Source: Trichinella spiralis (lineage: Eukaryota). Taken from it: 61,011 nt of DNA. Below the pieces are notes generated by a model. That model saw only the letters and a program-made list of their open reading frames with translations. It was not told the origin of the DNA and did not search any database. How positions within the stretch are numbered: the first letter of the stretch is position 1; each line of letters starts with the position of its first letter. The translations under genes and the position numbers were made by a program. Below, piece after piece: positions 1 to 13,500 of this stretch. Location: contig NW_003526943.1 in assembly GCF_000181795.1 (NCBI RefSeq), positions 3,216,707-3,277,717 on the forward strand. Direction: 5' to 3'.

Positions 1-2000
1 TATTATCCGCCGGCTTCTTCTTCTTCAGCATCTCAGGAAATTGCACCACTGACGTGCCTGCTGCGCCCGCGCCCGCGCCCGCACCGACAATGCTAACCCG
101 GTCGTTGTGACCAATGGCCGGCGAGAAATCTTGCTCGGCTGGAATATCCGACGAGCTGAAATCCCCGTGCGAGTGACCATCGACACCGCAACGGTGCAAA
201 ACGCATCCAATGCTGCAATTGCAAAAGAGATAATGAGAATTGTTTTTTTACTACTTATTGCTTAATTTATTTATCTATTTACATCATGTTGAATACAACT
301 CCGCAACTTGCGGTAATTAGCATAGCGTCGGCATCGATGTAATAATCTCGGTCAATGACGCGCAGAATTGCCAAATAAACAAGCACGGCGGTCATGGTCC
401 AAATGATGAAAATGCTCAACAATGCGCCGAGAATTTCTAAATAATAATTTATTAAAACAAAAAAAAATTATTAATAACTTGCGTCATCTGATCAAACAAC
501 ACAACACAACGCTTTGTAACTTTAAAATTGACATTTAAAGTTTTTTATCTTTAAAATCTTCAAAATGTAAAACTGTAAATTCATCAAAAAGAGAGAATAA
601 AATAAAAAGCAGTTAAAGTAGAGAAGTCAGCGAGCAAAATTGGTGGTGGGTGAAAGCTGTCACTGCTTGTTTGTTTGTTTGTTTATTTGTTTTCCTTGTT
701 TAGGAAGAAAAAATTCCTATTATCTTTGCATGTAGAAATGACATCGTCGAACAAGCAAAGTAGCACCATGAACAAAGCAATGTTGAAGCCGACCATCATC
801 GAAAGCGAGATGAGCAGCCAAGCGGAGGCGCAAGCGATTCAAGCGGCAGTGGAGGCGATCCTCCAGGGGAAGAGTGACAAATCCATCGCCACACACATAA
901 AGACGGTCTTTGAAAAGAAGTTCAAATGCAAATGGAGTTGCGTAGTTGGCCGTGAATTTATTGCCAACATAAATCACAGCAAGCATTCTTACATACATTA
1001 TTACGTTGGCAAATATGCCATTCTGCTGTGGCGTTGACTTTTGTGCATCATCACTTCGAGTAGAAGCGAAGCAAGATAACAATTACTATTATTATTATTA
1101 TTACTATTCAACTTGTGTTAATTCTATCAATTGTATTCTAAATATTCTTTTAATAATAATAAATTATATAACTATTCACAATGAAATAAAAAACAAATCA
1201 AATATATAAAAATCTGCTCTTCTTTCAATTCTGACCTTTTTATTAATGTTATTATAAAAAGAATTCATGAATAAATTTCTTTTTAAACTGCTGAATCAAA
1301 GAATAAAGCTAAATATATATATATATGCAAAAAGAAATTTATACATTTAAATTATTAATTTTTAAAATGCCGCCAATAAAAGCAGTAGTGTATATTGATT
1401 GCGTAAAGTGGGTTGTCGAATTATTATTTCAAAAATGAAATGATGCTCACCGAATCGATAAAAACCAAAAGTGAAGGATCTTGTTGCTGGACGTTTGCCA
1501 ATCCAAATGGCAAAATAAGCGATCACAAATCCAGCAACATCACTCAACATGTGCGCCGCATCGGTCATTATTGCCAAACTGCCCGCAATTGTACCTCCTG
1601 GAACAAAATTGATTATTAAAAATTAATATTAACACTTAATCCATTTCGACTTACCAACTAATTCCACGATCATGAACAGAACGCACAAGCCGATGACAAT
1701 GACCAGCCTAGCCTGGGCGTTGTGATTGTCGTGGGCTTTCAAAGAGCGGAAGTGGCAATGATCGTCCACAAAGTCACTTTCACATTCTTCTGAATTAGCT
1801 TCGGTTTGGGGGGCTGTTTCGGCAGCTTTCAGTTGTTCTAAAGAGGAAAACGAAGGCGCCGGTTCAGGGCTCCTCTTGTGCCTCAGACGACCGGATACGA
1901 CCGCGCCCGCGCAGGCCGTGTCCAGCGTTGTTTCACTGCCCAATGCAAATTCGTTCTCGAAGGCGACATTCACCCGCGATCTATCCGAATGAGGCTGCAT
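1..2000 (-). CDS. ZnT/SLC30A2-type cation diffusion facilitator zinc transporter, 3' end outside window
   Basis: Exons 2000-1655, 1597-1451, 436-283 and 212-<1 have GT-AG boundaries in matching phase. Translation includes DDHCH, VELVGGTIAGSLAIMTDAAHMLSDV, TFGFYRFEILGALLS and a GHSHG loop, all CDF/ZnT signatures. Confidence 0.93.
738..1037 (+). CDS. Divergent dynein light chain LC8-family protein, intronless, nested antisense in ZnT intron 437-1450
   Basis: IIESEMS...IATHIKTVFEKKFKCKWSCVVGREF...IHYYVGKYAILLWR matches the LC8 pattern (IAAHIKKEFDKKY...WHCIVGRNF...YFYLGQVAILLFK). ATG at 738 follows an AG; AATAAA lies downstream. Confidence 0.88.
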   Translation: MTSSNKQSSTMNKAMLKPTIIESEMSSQAEAQAIQAAVEAILQGKSDKSIATHIKTVFEKKFKCKWSCVVGREFIANINHSKHSYIHYYVGKYAILLWR

Positions 2001-3645
2001 GTGAAACGGTGGAAATGCCGAAAGCTGACAAACAAACAAACAAACTGTCATTTCAATATTTTACAAAAAAAATACTACTACATTTCAAGCAGAATTCAAT
2101 TATAATAATTATTATTCCTTTTTTAAAGAAAAAAACCCGTTCAATAAAATCTTCATATATAAGAAACATCATAATTAATTAATTAAAATTATTCGATGAC
2201 AACTTTCACCGCTTATATTCAGCTTTGAAAATAAAGCATTATCAAAGTATTCTTGTGACACCTTACCAAGGAAAAATATCAAATTTAACAACAGTAAGAA
2301 ATAAAGAAAATAAATATAGTAACATGAATCAATTAAGAAAAAAAAGAAACAAAAACTGGGACAGTTCCTACAAATTTGTCCCTACATTTCGAATAATAAG
2401 ATCATTACATACGTGCATGTAGATGGTGTAGAGGGAAGTAAAATTTTGCACACTCTTCAAATGAGAAACCAAATAAACCCAATCTAACTTATATCGTTTT
2501 CATAATTAAATGAAACAAATTTTTATTAATGACGTCAAAATATGACAAAATAAATAATCAGTAAGAGAAAATATACAAATATACGAAAGAGGAACAAATA
2601 ATCTTTTCCATTGATACGTGCTTTAAACTAAATTTACACCACACACACCTTCTATACATCATACTTATATTCTGCACCAAAAGCGACACATCTTGACATT
2701 ATACTATACATTGGCATTAGCATTAACATTTTCGTTCAATAATAATAAAAAATTAAAAAAAGTTTGTGTATCTATTAATAAATATTACTTTCAGTTAAAT
2801 ATAATTCTGATGTGCAACAAATTTGGAACGCAGAAGAGAAATTTTCATCCAATAATAATGAATAAGCTTGAAATTGGATTTAATAAAAGTTCAAACTAGA
2901 CGAAATTGTACAATTTTAGCTTATGCTCACGCGTGAAACTTGCTACACTACGAGCAAAACAGGTCTTCAGCAAATAAACAATTCTCAATTGACATATTTA
3001 AAACAGCATCAATATCAAGCAACATATTGTGAAATTAATGCACAAATAATTTTCTCCCTTCAAAAAGAAATCAGCTAAAACTTAAAATACAATCGACAAA
3101 CTTACTTCGGGTGCAGTGTGCTGACTGAATCAGGTCTTTGATAACATTTTGGTGGAAAAATTGCAGAATTACTGTATTTAAATAACAACCTGAAGGGCGC
3201 AGTACGATAAAAGAATGCACGGTTAGCTGTTGTGTAATTTAACAATTTAAAACTGTTGCTTTAATTTGTGTGCAGTGTGAATTGGTTTCAAAAAATGAAA
3301 AATCACAAATCAGATTCACCTAAACCTGACAGTGTATTTAGTAAAAATGTTTGTTGTAATTTATTGTTTTGTGATTAGCTTGAGTGTTTGGAAGTTGATT
3401 TGAAGATTGAGTGAATGAAGAGAAAAGCAAAAAAAATTCAACCTTGATTATTAAAAATTGTCGTGAAGAACGTTAACAAATTCCGTTACAGTATCTATAT
3501 TATACTTGCACATATTTGAACTGTAGTGGAGTGGTTGTTTTTTGAAATTTTAAAGTTGTCGGTAAGTTTGTGTTTTTTTTCGATTATCGTGAAGAGAATT
3601 TCAATTGGAATATATACACGACGAGCGATCAGAGGGTAGAGGAGC

Positions 3646-5412
3646 ATGTTTGAGTTTTTTGGTATAAAGCCGACTGTGGAATCACCGCCGTCGGATGGGG
3701 CGTCATCGTCGCCACCGTCGCCGCCTGAAAACGGACAAAAACCGCCGGACAAGAGTCGAATGGCCTATTCGTTCGATTCGGCAGCGCTCGAACGGGCCGC
3801 GAAGGCGGCTCGTGAATTGGAACGGTCGAAGAATGCGAAAGAAGCGTTGGAATTGGCTCGTCTCCAAGAGCAGACCAGGCAAATGGAATTGCAGCAGCGG
3901 ATAAAAGAGTTCGAAGCGTCGGCTGAGAAGAGCAAAGTGGAACAGAGGCGAGTTTCTGAAGAGGAGAAGCGTAGAACGTTGTCGGAAGAAAGTAAGCAGT
4001 TCAAGTTGAAAGCTGAATACCAGGACCAGTTGGCCAGGAAGCGGTTCGCCGACGAACAAGCGTTGAGACGGCGCGAACAGGAGGAAGCGTTGAGGAGGCA
4101 GGAGGAGTCGGTGCAGAAGCAGGAGTCGATGCGCAGGAGAACGATCGAAGAGGAGCTGAAATTGAAGCACCAGTACGACGTACAGCGTGTGGAACAGGAA
4201 GCCCGAGCTCGGGCGTTGGTCGAGAGGGAAAATCGGGAAATATACCTGGAACAGTTGAGAGTGAGAGAGAGGGAACGTCGGACGACGGTGTTGGAGGCGA
4301 TCACCACCGGCGGCAAAATGATCGGTCACGGTCTGAGCAGCTTTTTCTCCGACTTGGGCACTTTGATGAACACCGCCGCCGGCTTGACCCTGCTCGCGGT
4401 CGGCTTGTACACGGCCAAGCGGGCGACGTCGGTCGCCGCTCGGTACGCCGAGGCGCGTCTGGCCAGGCCGAGCTTGGTCCGAGACACGTCCAGACTGAGC
4501 GTGGCGGATTTCGTCAGGGAGCCGTTGCGGTCGCTGGCGAAAATGTTCCGCCGTCCCGGCGACCCATTGGCCGGCGTGATTTTGGAGCCCAATCTGGAGC
4601 GACATCTACGCGACGTGGCGATCACGACCAAAAACACGAAGCGCAACCACGGCCTGTATCGCAACTTTCTCTTCTACGGTCCACCGGGAACCGGCAAAAC
4701 GCTGTTCGCCAAAAGGCTCGCCTCCCACTCGGGCATGCACTACGCGGTGATGACCGGCGGCGACGTGGCGCCGCTGGGCCGCCACGCGGTCACCGAAATC
4801 CACAAACTGTTCGACTGGGCGTCGACTTCCCGGCGCGGCTTGATACTGTTCGTCGACGAGGCGGACGCTTTCCTGCGACGGCGCGACGCGGCCAGCGAAC
4901 ACACCCGGGCTGCTTTCAACGCCTTCCTTTACCGTACCGGCGATCAGTCGAGTCACTTCAGTTTGGTTTTGGCGACGAACCGACCGGAACAATTCGACTG
5001 GGCCGTCAACGACCGTCTGGACGAGGTGATCGAATTTGCCCTGCCCTCGCTCGACCAATGCCAACGCCTGCTGCTTCTCTACTTCCATCGCTACATCGCC
5101 GAGCCGGCGGTCAGCCGACAGGTGTTGCCGTTCATTGTCGGTCGGCTCAAATTGGCCGACTTCGACTGGGTGGAAAAGTGCAACGCCGTCGCGACGAAGC
5201 TGGTCGGCATGTCTGGCCGTGAAATTGCGAAAATGGTCGTCGCCTGGCAGGCGGCCGCCTACGCGTCCGACGACGGCTGTCTCACCGAGCGAATGATCGA
5301 CGAGTTGACCGAAAACGCCGTACGCCAGCATTCTCAGAAAGCGGCCTGGCTGGCCATGGAAGCGGATTCGACTGCCGGCGACAAATACACCCAGTCACAC
5401 CCGGTGAAATGA
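3646..5412 (+). CDS. ATAD3: ATPase family AAA domain-containing protein 3 (mitochondrial), single coding exon
   Basis: 588-aa ORF with FDSAALERAAKAARELERS, a long coiled coil, a TM segment, Walker A GPPGTGKT, Walker B LFVDEAD, and LATNRPEQFDWAVNDRLDE. Confidence 0.97.
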   Translation: MFEFFGIKPTVESPPSDGASSSPPSPPENGQKPPDKSRMAYSFDSAALERAAKAARELERSKNAKEALELARLQEQTRQMELQQRIKEFEASAEKSKVEQRRVSEEEKRRTLSEESKQFKLKAEYQDQLARKRFADEQALRRREQEEALRRQEESVQKQESMRRRTIEEELKLKHQYDVQRVEQEARARALVERENREIYLEQLRVRERERRTTVLEAITTGGKMIGHGLSSFFSDLGTLMNTAAGLTLLAVGLYTAKRATSVAARYAEARLARPSLVRDTSRLSVADFVREPLRSLAKMFRRPGDPLAGVILEPNLERHLRDVAITTKNTKRNHGLYRNFLFYGPPGTGKTLFAKRLASHSGMHYAVMTGGDVAPLGRHAVTEIHKLFDWASTSRRGLILFVDEADAFLRRRDAASEHTRAAFNAFLYRTGDQSSHFSLVLATNRPEQFDWAVNDRLDEVIEFALPSLDQCQRLLLLYFHRYIAEPAVSRQVLPFIVGRLKLADFDWVEKCNAVATKLVGMSGREIAKMVVAWQAAAYASDDGCLTERMIDELTENAVRQHSQKAAWLAMEADSTAGDKYTQSHPVK

Positions 5413-6448
5413 GCGACTGGTGACAAAATTCGTGCTTATCGATAATGCTAATAAAAATAACATGTTCAACCAATTCCATTTTCTAACCTACTGAATTGAA
5501 TTACACTTTGCCCAACACTGGGCGCGTTCATTTATTTATCAATCCTTTATTCCCCTTCGAAACTGCAAATCATCTCCCAAAACTACGCATCTACCGTACT
5601 AAATGACAAGCGTAATTTTACTCAAAACAACGACAATAAATAAAGCGAAATAAAATCAAGTTATGATTTATTTTTTTTAAATTAAAACTGCACCCGTTGA
5701 CGCTTTTTTCGCCTTCGATCAATCTCTTCTTTGTACCACCAAACAGTTTACTGTATTATTTTATATTTGTACTTGATTTCTTTAAATTTACTGTATCATA
5801 ATTGCTCGAAGATATTAAAGTTGAATCAGCTGCGTTGTTCTGTATGTATTCGTTGTTCGTTTTTCATTTTGATTCACAATTTGCATTACAAGCTGTTTTT
5901 TAATTGCAAATCACTTGAACGTGACATTCACATGAATAATACGAACCAGTGGGCATTGCGTTGATGATGGCGTTCATTTTAAATTTACGCCAGTAATTGC
6001 TGTTGATTCTGGGAAATGTAATTTTCGTGCAGCACATGAAAAGCAAGTACACGAAAGTTTTTTTGCCTGTTGAAACACTGCTCTGTGATTTTTTGAAATT
6101 TACCTTCACTTGACAATGATTGAAACATTGCATGCCAAGTTTGCAGTTACAAATGTTTTTTTTCTGAAAACACTTTCAATTTATTGTTGCAGTTGCATTT
6201 TCAGAATTCCCGCATGCAAATTTACCGATGTCACTTTTTGTTGAAGTTAATCAAACAGACAGTAGTTTTGTTTTTTCTTTTGCATTTCAAGTGGTTGTGA
6301 AGTATTCTTTCACAGTGTTCACAGTGACAGTCCACTGCATCAGAGTTTAGGTTTCACAGTAAATTACAATCATATATGATTTATTGGCTTTTGGTTTTTT
6401 TTTCATCAAATTTTATCATAGGCGTGAAATCATCTTTGAAAAATTCTG

Positions 6449-7549
6449 ATGGTATCGCCGAGATCGCACGCATGTCCGTTTTCGTTGTTCAGGGAACTTT
6501 TCCCAAATGAATCTTTGAAAATTAATTTACTCAGCAAGTCTCCTTGTCGTTTTGGTTGCTCTGTTCAAATTGGTAACAAGATCTACAACGGTTATGGACA
6601 AACAAAACAGCAAGCCAAACATGAGATGGGCTTGGACGTTTTAATTTCGCTCTTTCCATCGTGCGCACCATTGATAGATTTGTCCATTTTTAAGAGATTT
6701 AGCAATTGCGAAGATTATCCAAGTAAATACAGAGAGTTGCTAAAAGAGCGAGGCGACGACGAGACTCTAACAAATTACGACGAACGTTATTTGTCACAAC
6801 TGAAGAAAAAAATCAAGTTCCACCAACGCATTTTAGCTTTAACGAGCAATTATTTTAAGAAAACCCCTTTGCAAATGTTTAATGAAATTTGTGATGTGGC
6901 TAGAAATGTGATTTCGGTAGAAATAACGTACGACGACCATCCGACAGAAGTTCCCGAGTTCAACTCGGCCAAGTGCGTCTGTTGTAAAGTAGTGTGGAAT
7001 GGTAGGCTGGTACGAGGCTTCGGAATCAACCAGAAATATGCGAAAATGGACGCTGCTCAGAAAGTACGCTTCAAATCACAATTCACATAAAATTAGCACA
7101 GCTTAAGATTTTTCTATTAAAATCTTTAGTTTCCAATGGGGAATAATATTAAGTGTAGAATTTGAAAAATAATTTTCCAATTTGTCGAGCATGGATATTA
7201 TAATGAATGATTTGTTTTTTGCTTATTCACTGCTTAGGCTTTGGTGAAATTGTTCAACGTGGATCCGAATGTGGTGATAAGCATGATTTCCAACACGCTG
7301 CGGCAAGAGATCACCGGCTTGCCGCCGAAGGAGGCGCTGATTAAACTTTGCTCTTTGAGAGCAATTAAATTCAGATTGAAATACAATGGCGGTTTGGACC
7401 CGAACGTCGGGACGGCCAAATTGGTATGCGGCTTGGACACTTTCGAAACAACCGGAACCAAGGAGTTCGCGATCACGAGCTTGTGCGAAAAAGCGCTGGA
7501 AGATGTATTTGAAATCAAGCTCTACAAAGGTGTTTCAGATGGAAATTGA
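6449..7549 (+). CDS. Protein with three divergent double-stranded RNA-binding motifs and no catalytic domain
   Basis: Exons 6449-7063 and 7238-7549 (phase 0). Repeats: PFSLFRELF...CSVQIGNKIYNGYGQTKQQAKHEMG; TPLQMFNEIC...RGFGINQKYAKMDAAQKALVKL; PKEALIKLC...AITSLCEKALEDV. Confidence 0.72.
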
Positions 7550-10500
7550 AAGAGTGTGAACTTGATGGACCGTGGCAACAAGACGTTCTTCTCCACTCAC
7601 TGTTGCGGATGTTGTACACATTTATGCATTAAAAAAATTATTTTTTGTTAATTTATATAGTTATTCTTTGTTCTATTTATTCGTTTGTGTGTTTTGAAAA
7701 AAATTCTTTTGCATCATCTCGTTGTTTGTTACAGATTGTTGAATGGAACGATGTCGCCGTGCTCATTTTTGGTATGAAAATGATCACATTCTACATATAT
7801 TTTAAACAACTTTTTCAATTATGTCTGTGAAAAATTAAAAACTATATATATCAAACGTCGCCGATATTGAAATAACCAAATGGAATATGTAATGGTGGTG
7901 ATGTGGAAAATTTTGAAAAATATCCATGCGCTTATTGTGATGATGATGATGAATAGGATGTGGTTGAAGCTAGTGAAATTTGTCGAAATGAGAGAGGGAA
8001 TAGAAACTTGTCGACAAATGTTTACGGGTGACGATGATTCGAGCAAAAGCTGAACGATGATAATTAATGAAGATTGTAAAATTGGCGTTTATTTATTATT
8101 GGCTGATTCAATTGTTCAGCTGGCACGAGCGTTTTCAGTGTCATCTCTACTGCTTTAATGCTATGCGTTGCGGCCCATGTTGAAAACTGAACGACCAATC
8201 GAAACAACGAAACCCAATCAGTGGCTTATTCATTACTCAGGTTCGAATTCTTTTTTTTTAATTTTTTATAATTGCATAATAGAAAAATTATGATTATATT
8301 TTTAATTTAAATTTTAATTTCAAATTTCGAAAGCAAAAAGTAGTGAAATTTTGCAATTTTTAAAATTTCCATTCGTCATCAGGTTGAAGTGGTGAATAAA
8401 TGGAGTGAGTTGAAGAAAAAGAAAAGTAGAAGCAGGGAAAGGGATTTTCGATTCGAATTTTATTCGGTCAGCCATTTCTATAGATGAATGTGAATTTTTG
8501 CCCGACAAAATTTGTTCAATCTATGAAAAACGGCAACTCGTCGCTCGCTCATCTTCGAGCACTTTTCGAAAACTTTATTATTAATCACTCGGAGGCGTAG
8601 CAATTTTTTATATTAAAATTTATTTCTAACTATCATGAGGCTATTTTGAATTCAACTGGCGTGAAGAATATTTTCTTTTTGCTCATGATTTGAACCGAAA
8701 ACTTTGTTTCGACTGTAATTTTATGCAAATAGTGTCCGAAGTTTGCAAATTTCCATTTCTACACTATTGAAATGATGTTGAAGAAAAAAGTATATTTCCA
8801 TTATGAATGAATGCAATTTTTATTTTAATTTAAACTAAATTAAATTACAATTTGGAACAGGTGCATTGAAAAATTTAGTCCATTGTTAAGGCTTTGACAA
8901 ATTTTCAGAGCAAAATTTTCTGTTGGCTAATGGAATTTTAGTTTCTTTTTATTCAGGACAATTGTCAGTTGAAAATTTTCATACGCATCAGTTCCCTTTT
9001 GCCGTCTATCACTTCCAACAGTAGTTCAGTGTGCAAAAAGTAGCTTAAATGTCAAGAAAATAAACTAATATACAAAAAACAAAAATTAAGAAAATTTTCT
9101 ACTAAATATTATCGAATGCGTTCTATATATATATGTATTAAAAAAACTGTCACTGTTCCGCTGACACAGTTTGTCTATTTTTATGGCCAATTACATGACT
9201 TGACATGGCAACTTGACATACTGTATTATTTAAAAAATTTTTTTGAATTTCAAAATGTACGTGTAAAGGATAATGAAGTATTTATTTATTTTTTCAACAG
9301 TTTTGTGGATATGAAAAAAATTATTACTTTTTTTAAAATTGAATGTAAAAAAGCCAGTAATGTACAAAACAAGGTACGGATGTGAATTTGAATGATTTTC
9401 ACGAACTACAACCACTGATCCTGTAGATCAGATTGGACGATTTGTTTGTTTGTTTGACATGTAAACTTCAGTGAGTGAAATAAATTTTGATTCAACACGG
9501 ATCGATTTGCATAACTGTGTGTTTTCAATAATCATAATAATCAATCATATTGTAAATAAGTTTACTTTTTTTTGAATATTTGTCAACAATTGGACAAATA
9601 AATGAATATCGTTGGTCCGGATGTTCTGTTTGGGCAAACAATTGTTGTCTGCCGTTGTCTCTGCGGTCCGGTTCAACCGACGTTCGGTGATGTGCGAATT
9701 GTTGGGAAGCATCGTAATTTTCCGCTTCAACACTAGTCAATTTTGGCATTTCAGTGAAAAATGAAATGGAAAATGAAAAATATGCCTCGTTTTCAAATGT
9801 TCATGATGAAATAAATAATATAATACACCGATCGGTCAGTTTGAACGTGTTTTTTTTGTTTATATTAAATTTACAAAACAATTATCATGAAATTTGAAAA
9901 TGTTGTTTATTTCAATTTTGAATGTATTTTGCTTTCGAAAAAGAAATATATTTCTCGCTCAACGTTTGTGATAAAAATCTCTCCAAATACAAAAAATGGG
10001 TTATTTTCAAATTGAAGCAGCCTGAAAATGAAATGGGCAAAATTGTTGAAAATCGGGCCGCCTGAATTCGTATTATTTTCCATCAATTTATGCTAATTTC
10101 TGATAAATGGATAAAAATTTGAATAAAAAATAATAACAGCGAATAATGTTCGATCGACTGAGCAAACAACACAACACAATATACAAATTCCGATTGAGGG
10201 GGAAACAGTAATAAGTTGATTTCTTTTTTTTGGTTCGTTTATGTTTGGTTTTCTATAATTTATTGTTCACAAATATGAAATATATCATTTTTTTCTTTTA
10301 GCAAATGAATGCGTACGTTGCGTAATCAGTGGCGGTTGACGCGCGTGTAACAGAATAACGAGAGAAAAGATTAATAATTAAGAATAATAATAAATTGCTA
10401 GCCGGGTAGCTGCTAGCAGCTGGCTGGTCTGCTTGCATGGTAAGCGACATCTCTTGTTGACGACAATCGTCGTCACCAATCTGAGACTCGGATCTACCCA

Positions 10501-10574
10501 CGTCAAAGTACGGTACGGTACTTGTACAGTATTGCCGCTGCGTTTGCAGTCAGTAGGGCTTTTTCAAAAATCAG

Positions 10575-13500
10575 ATGCGCTTTCGGATTCGCTATTTCAC
10601 CCTGCTCTTGGTCAACATTGTTGGCTTCTTCATTTTAATATACTTGGTCAAGAGAAGATGCATCCACCTATTTAAAGTCGACATTCCTGAAGTTCTGCTG
10701 CCCAGACCGCAGAGCGGCAACGATTTGAATTCTAATTCGTTGAAAAGGAAATTTTTCTGGGATACGGTCAGTATTGAAGTTCAAGAACAACTGCGACGAC
10801 TCTCGGCTATCGACTGGCACCGGGTGAAACCCACCGCCGATTGTAATCATCGTTTCGGTTATCCACCGACGTCGGATGAAATGTAAATATAATAATAATT
10901 ATTATTATTCATTGTTCATCTTCTGAAGTTTTATTTAATCTTTTTTCTTCAAATAATCTTCTTCAATCGTAATCTTTTATAAATAATTGAATTTAACTTT
11001 TATTTTTATTAATGAAAACAATTTTTTGTTTCTTTTTTTGTAATTTTAATTTAAATACATCATCTACACACAGATGCATTTACATTTTATAACTTTTCTA
11101 ATGTTCAACTAAATGAATTGCTTGGAGATGTTTATCATCACTTTTTGATTGATTTTACTGGTTCATTTTTCTGGCAGTTTCTCTTCATCGTTTGAGCATC
11201 TGTTACCAGTTTCCACGTTCAGCAATTTGATTGAACAAGCAATTGAATAACCGCTGACTGTTCGATTAATGAGTGATAATTTACTTTCAGTGATATTTCA
11301 TTAATTTCATAATTCGCAATACATACTTCTCATATGGATCATCTGTTTTATTTTCATTTCCTTAATTAACCTAACAGCTTTTTACTTTTGAATTTTCTAT
11401 GTAAATATTATATCATGTTGACATAATTGTATCAATAAAGTCTCTAACATACGCACAGCAGTGATAGAGACAGAAAGAGAGAGAAGCTATTTCATTAGTA
11501 AACATATTTTATGCAAGCATATTAATTTTGATATTTAGAATAACTTGCTACTTATTATCCGATGAAGCATTGAACGCGTCAGAAATTATAATTAAAAAGC
11601 AATGCTTGTTTATTATCTTTTATTTATTTAGAAAATTTATTCAACAAAAAATATAAAATTTGATATATTTCTTTTTTTAAATAATAATAGACTACATAAA
11701 TTTGGAAAGATGTTCATTTTTCATTGAGCACAGTTGATCATCGTATCAAATGAAGATTTGAATTTCTTTATTTCAATTTGAATTTGTTTCATTTGAAAAT
11801 AAATAATTTACTTATTTTATGTTGTCAATTGTGAAACTGTTTGTTTGTACAAGAGATTCGTCATTTTGAATTTTAGATATTTTGCGTCAAATATTTGCCT
11901 GCTTTACAATTATTCAAACAGTACTATGTACAGTCTTATTTGAATACACGTGTAGTGTTGAATTTCTAGCCCACGTATATTGATAAATTGAAATGTGAAA
12001 TAATAAGGAAAACTGCTTTGTACAAGCTTGTCAGAAAGCAAATTCATTGAATATGAAAAAAATGTGTTATTAAAATGGAACTGTTTTCATTTTAAACTGT
12101 TGTCTATAATAATAATAATAATAATAGTGAAATACATATATATTTTTTTTCATATTCTTTACAGAAATCTAATGGAAAATGGTCCGGGGGCTGCGTGGCA
12201 ACGGTTTCTGAGCTCTATAAATAGTTGTGAAGTTTACAAAAGCGAAGAAACTCTGCGAGATGTGTTGCAACTGATGAGCAAAGAGCCTGTACTAGAGACG
12301 GCCATAATGAAAGGCGGAACGCAGGTGAAATTGCTGATCACTTTCAAAAATGGTCGACAAGCGGTTTTCAAGCCGATGAGGTGAATCGGCTGAAATTAAT
12401 TGTTGTTCAATTGGATTTATTTAAATTTTGCAGATTTGATCGCAATCACGAAGCGGATCCGAATCATTTCTACTTCAGTGATTTTGAACGGCACAATGCT
12501 GAAATTGCCGCGTTTCATTTGGACAAGTAATTGTTGTCATAAATTTGAATAATTTAATTTAATTTAAAAACAAAAACCATCATTAATTTTTTTCTTTCCT
12601 TTCAGAGTATTAGGCTATAATCGCGCAATTCCTACTGTTGGTCGGGTTTTTAATATGACTTCAGAATTGAAAGAGTTCGCCGATCAGCAGCTTTACAGTA
12701 CATTTTTCGTATCTCCAGGTATTGAAATCAATTGCTAAAAGAGAACAATACGGTTGACTTTAAATTATTTGATAATTTAAATTTCAGTTGGAAATGTATG
12801 TTTTGTCGGTGTTTGCAAATATTACTGCATGACGGGTATGGCAATCTGTGGCAATCCGGATACGATTGAAGGTTCATTGCAAATGTTCATCGATACACCC
12901 TATACGCCATTCGATCGTATCATTTCTCCTTACAGAAGGTATATACAGATGATAAGTTTTTCTTTTTCGCTTGTTTATACTTTTAATTTTGTAGAACTTA
13001 TTCGAAAATGAGGCAAAAAGCTGAATGGCAATTGGATAACAGCTATTGTAAAACGAGACTTTTAAGCAACAATTCATCACCATTCAGTGAAGGCAGACTG
13101 TTGTTAGATCTTATTGATATGAGTATTTTGGATTTTTTAATGGGTAATTAATTCATTTGATTCAGTTTCATTCAGTTCGATTAATTCTACTAACTAATTC
13201 AATTCATCTCCAATCCAGGTAATCAGGATCGTCATCATATGGATATGTTTCATTTCGAAGATGTTGTCGAAGTAGCCACTGTCCATGTTGACAATGGACG
13301 AGGGTAAAAAATAATCAAAAAATAATTTCAATTATTTCATTTCTTGTTTTGTGACGTATTTTCAGTTTTGGACGTTCAGATTTCGATGATCTGGATATAA
13401 TCTTGCCATTGGTCCAATGTTGTGTAATACGTCCGAGCACAGTTTGGACATTGCTGAAATATTATTTCGGCCCGTCCAGTTTGGGCGACGCTTTGAAAGA

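Noticed and set aside
3695..5479. Long antisense and alternative-frame ORFs overlapping ATAD3
   Set aside because: Shadow ORFs caused by GC-rich codon usage; no domains.
8221..8260. B-box-like GGTTCGAATTC followed by a T run (tRNA or Pol III gene?)
   Set aside because: No cloverleaf and no properly spaced A box. It is better explained as a cag|gt donor or chance.
9199..9212. X-box-like CTTGACATGGCAAC
   Set aside because: Only one good half-site and no adjacent ciliary gene.
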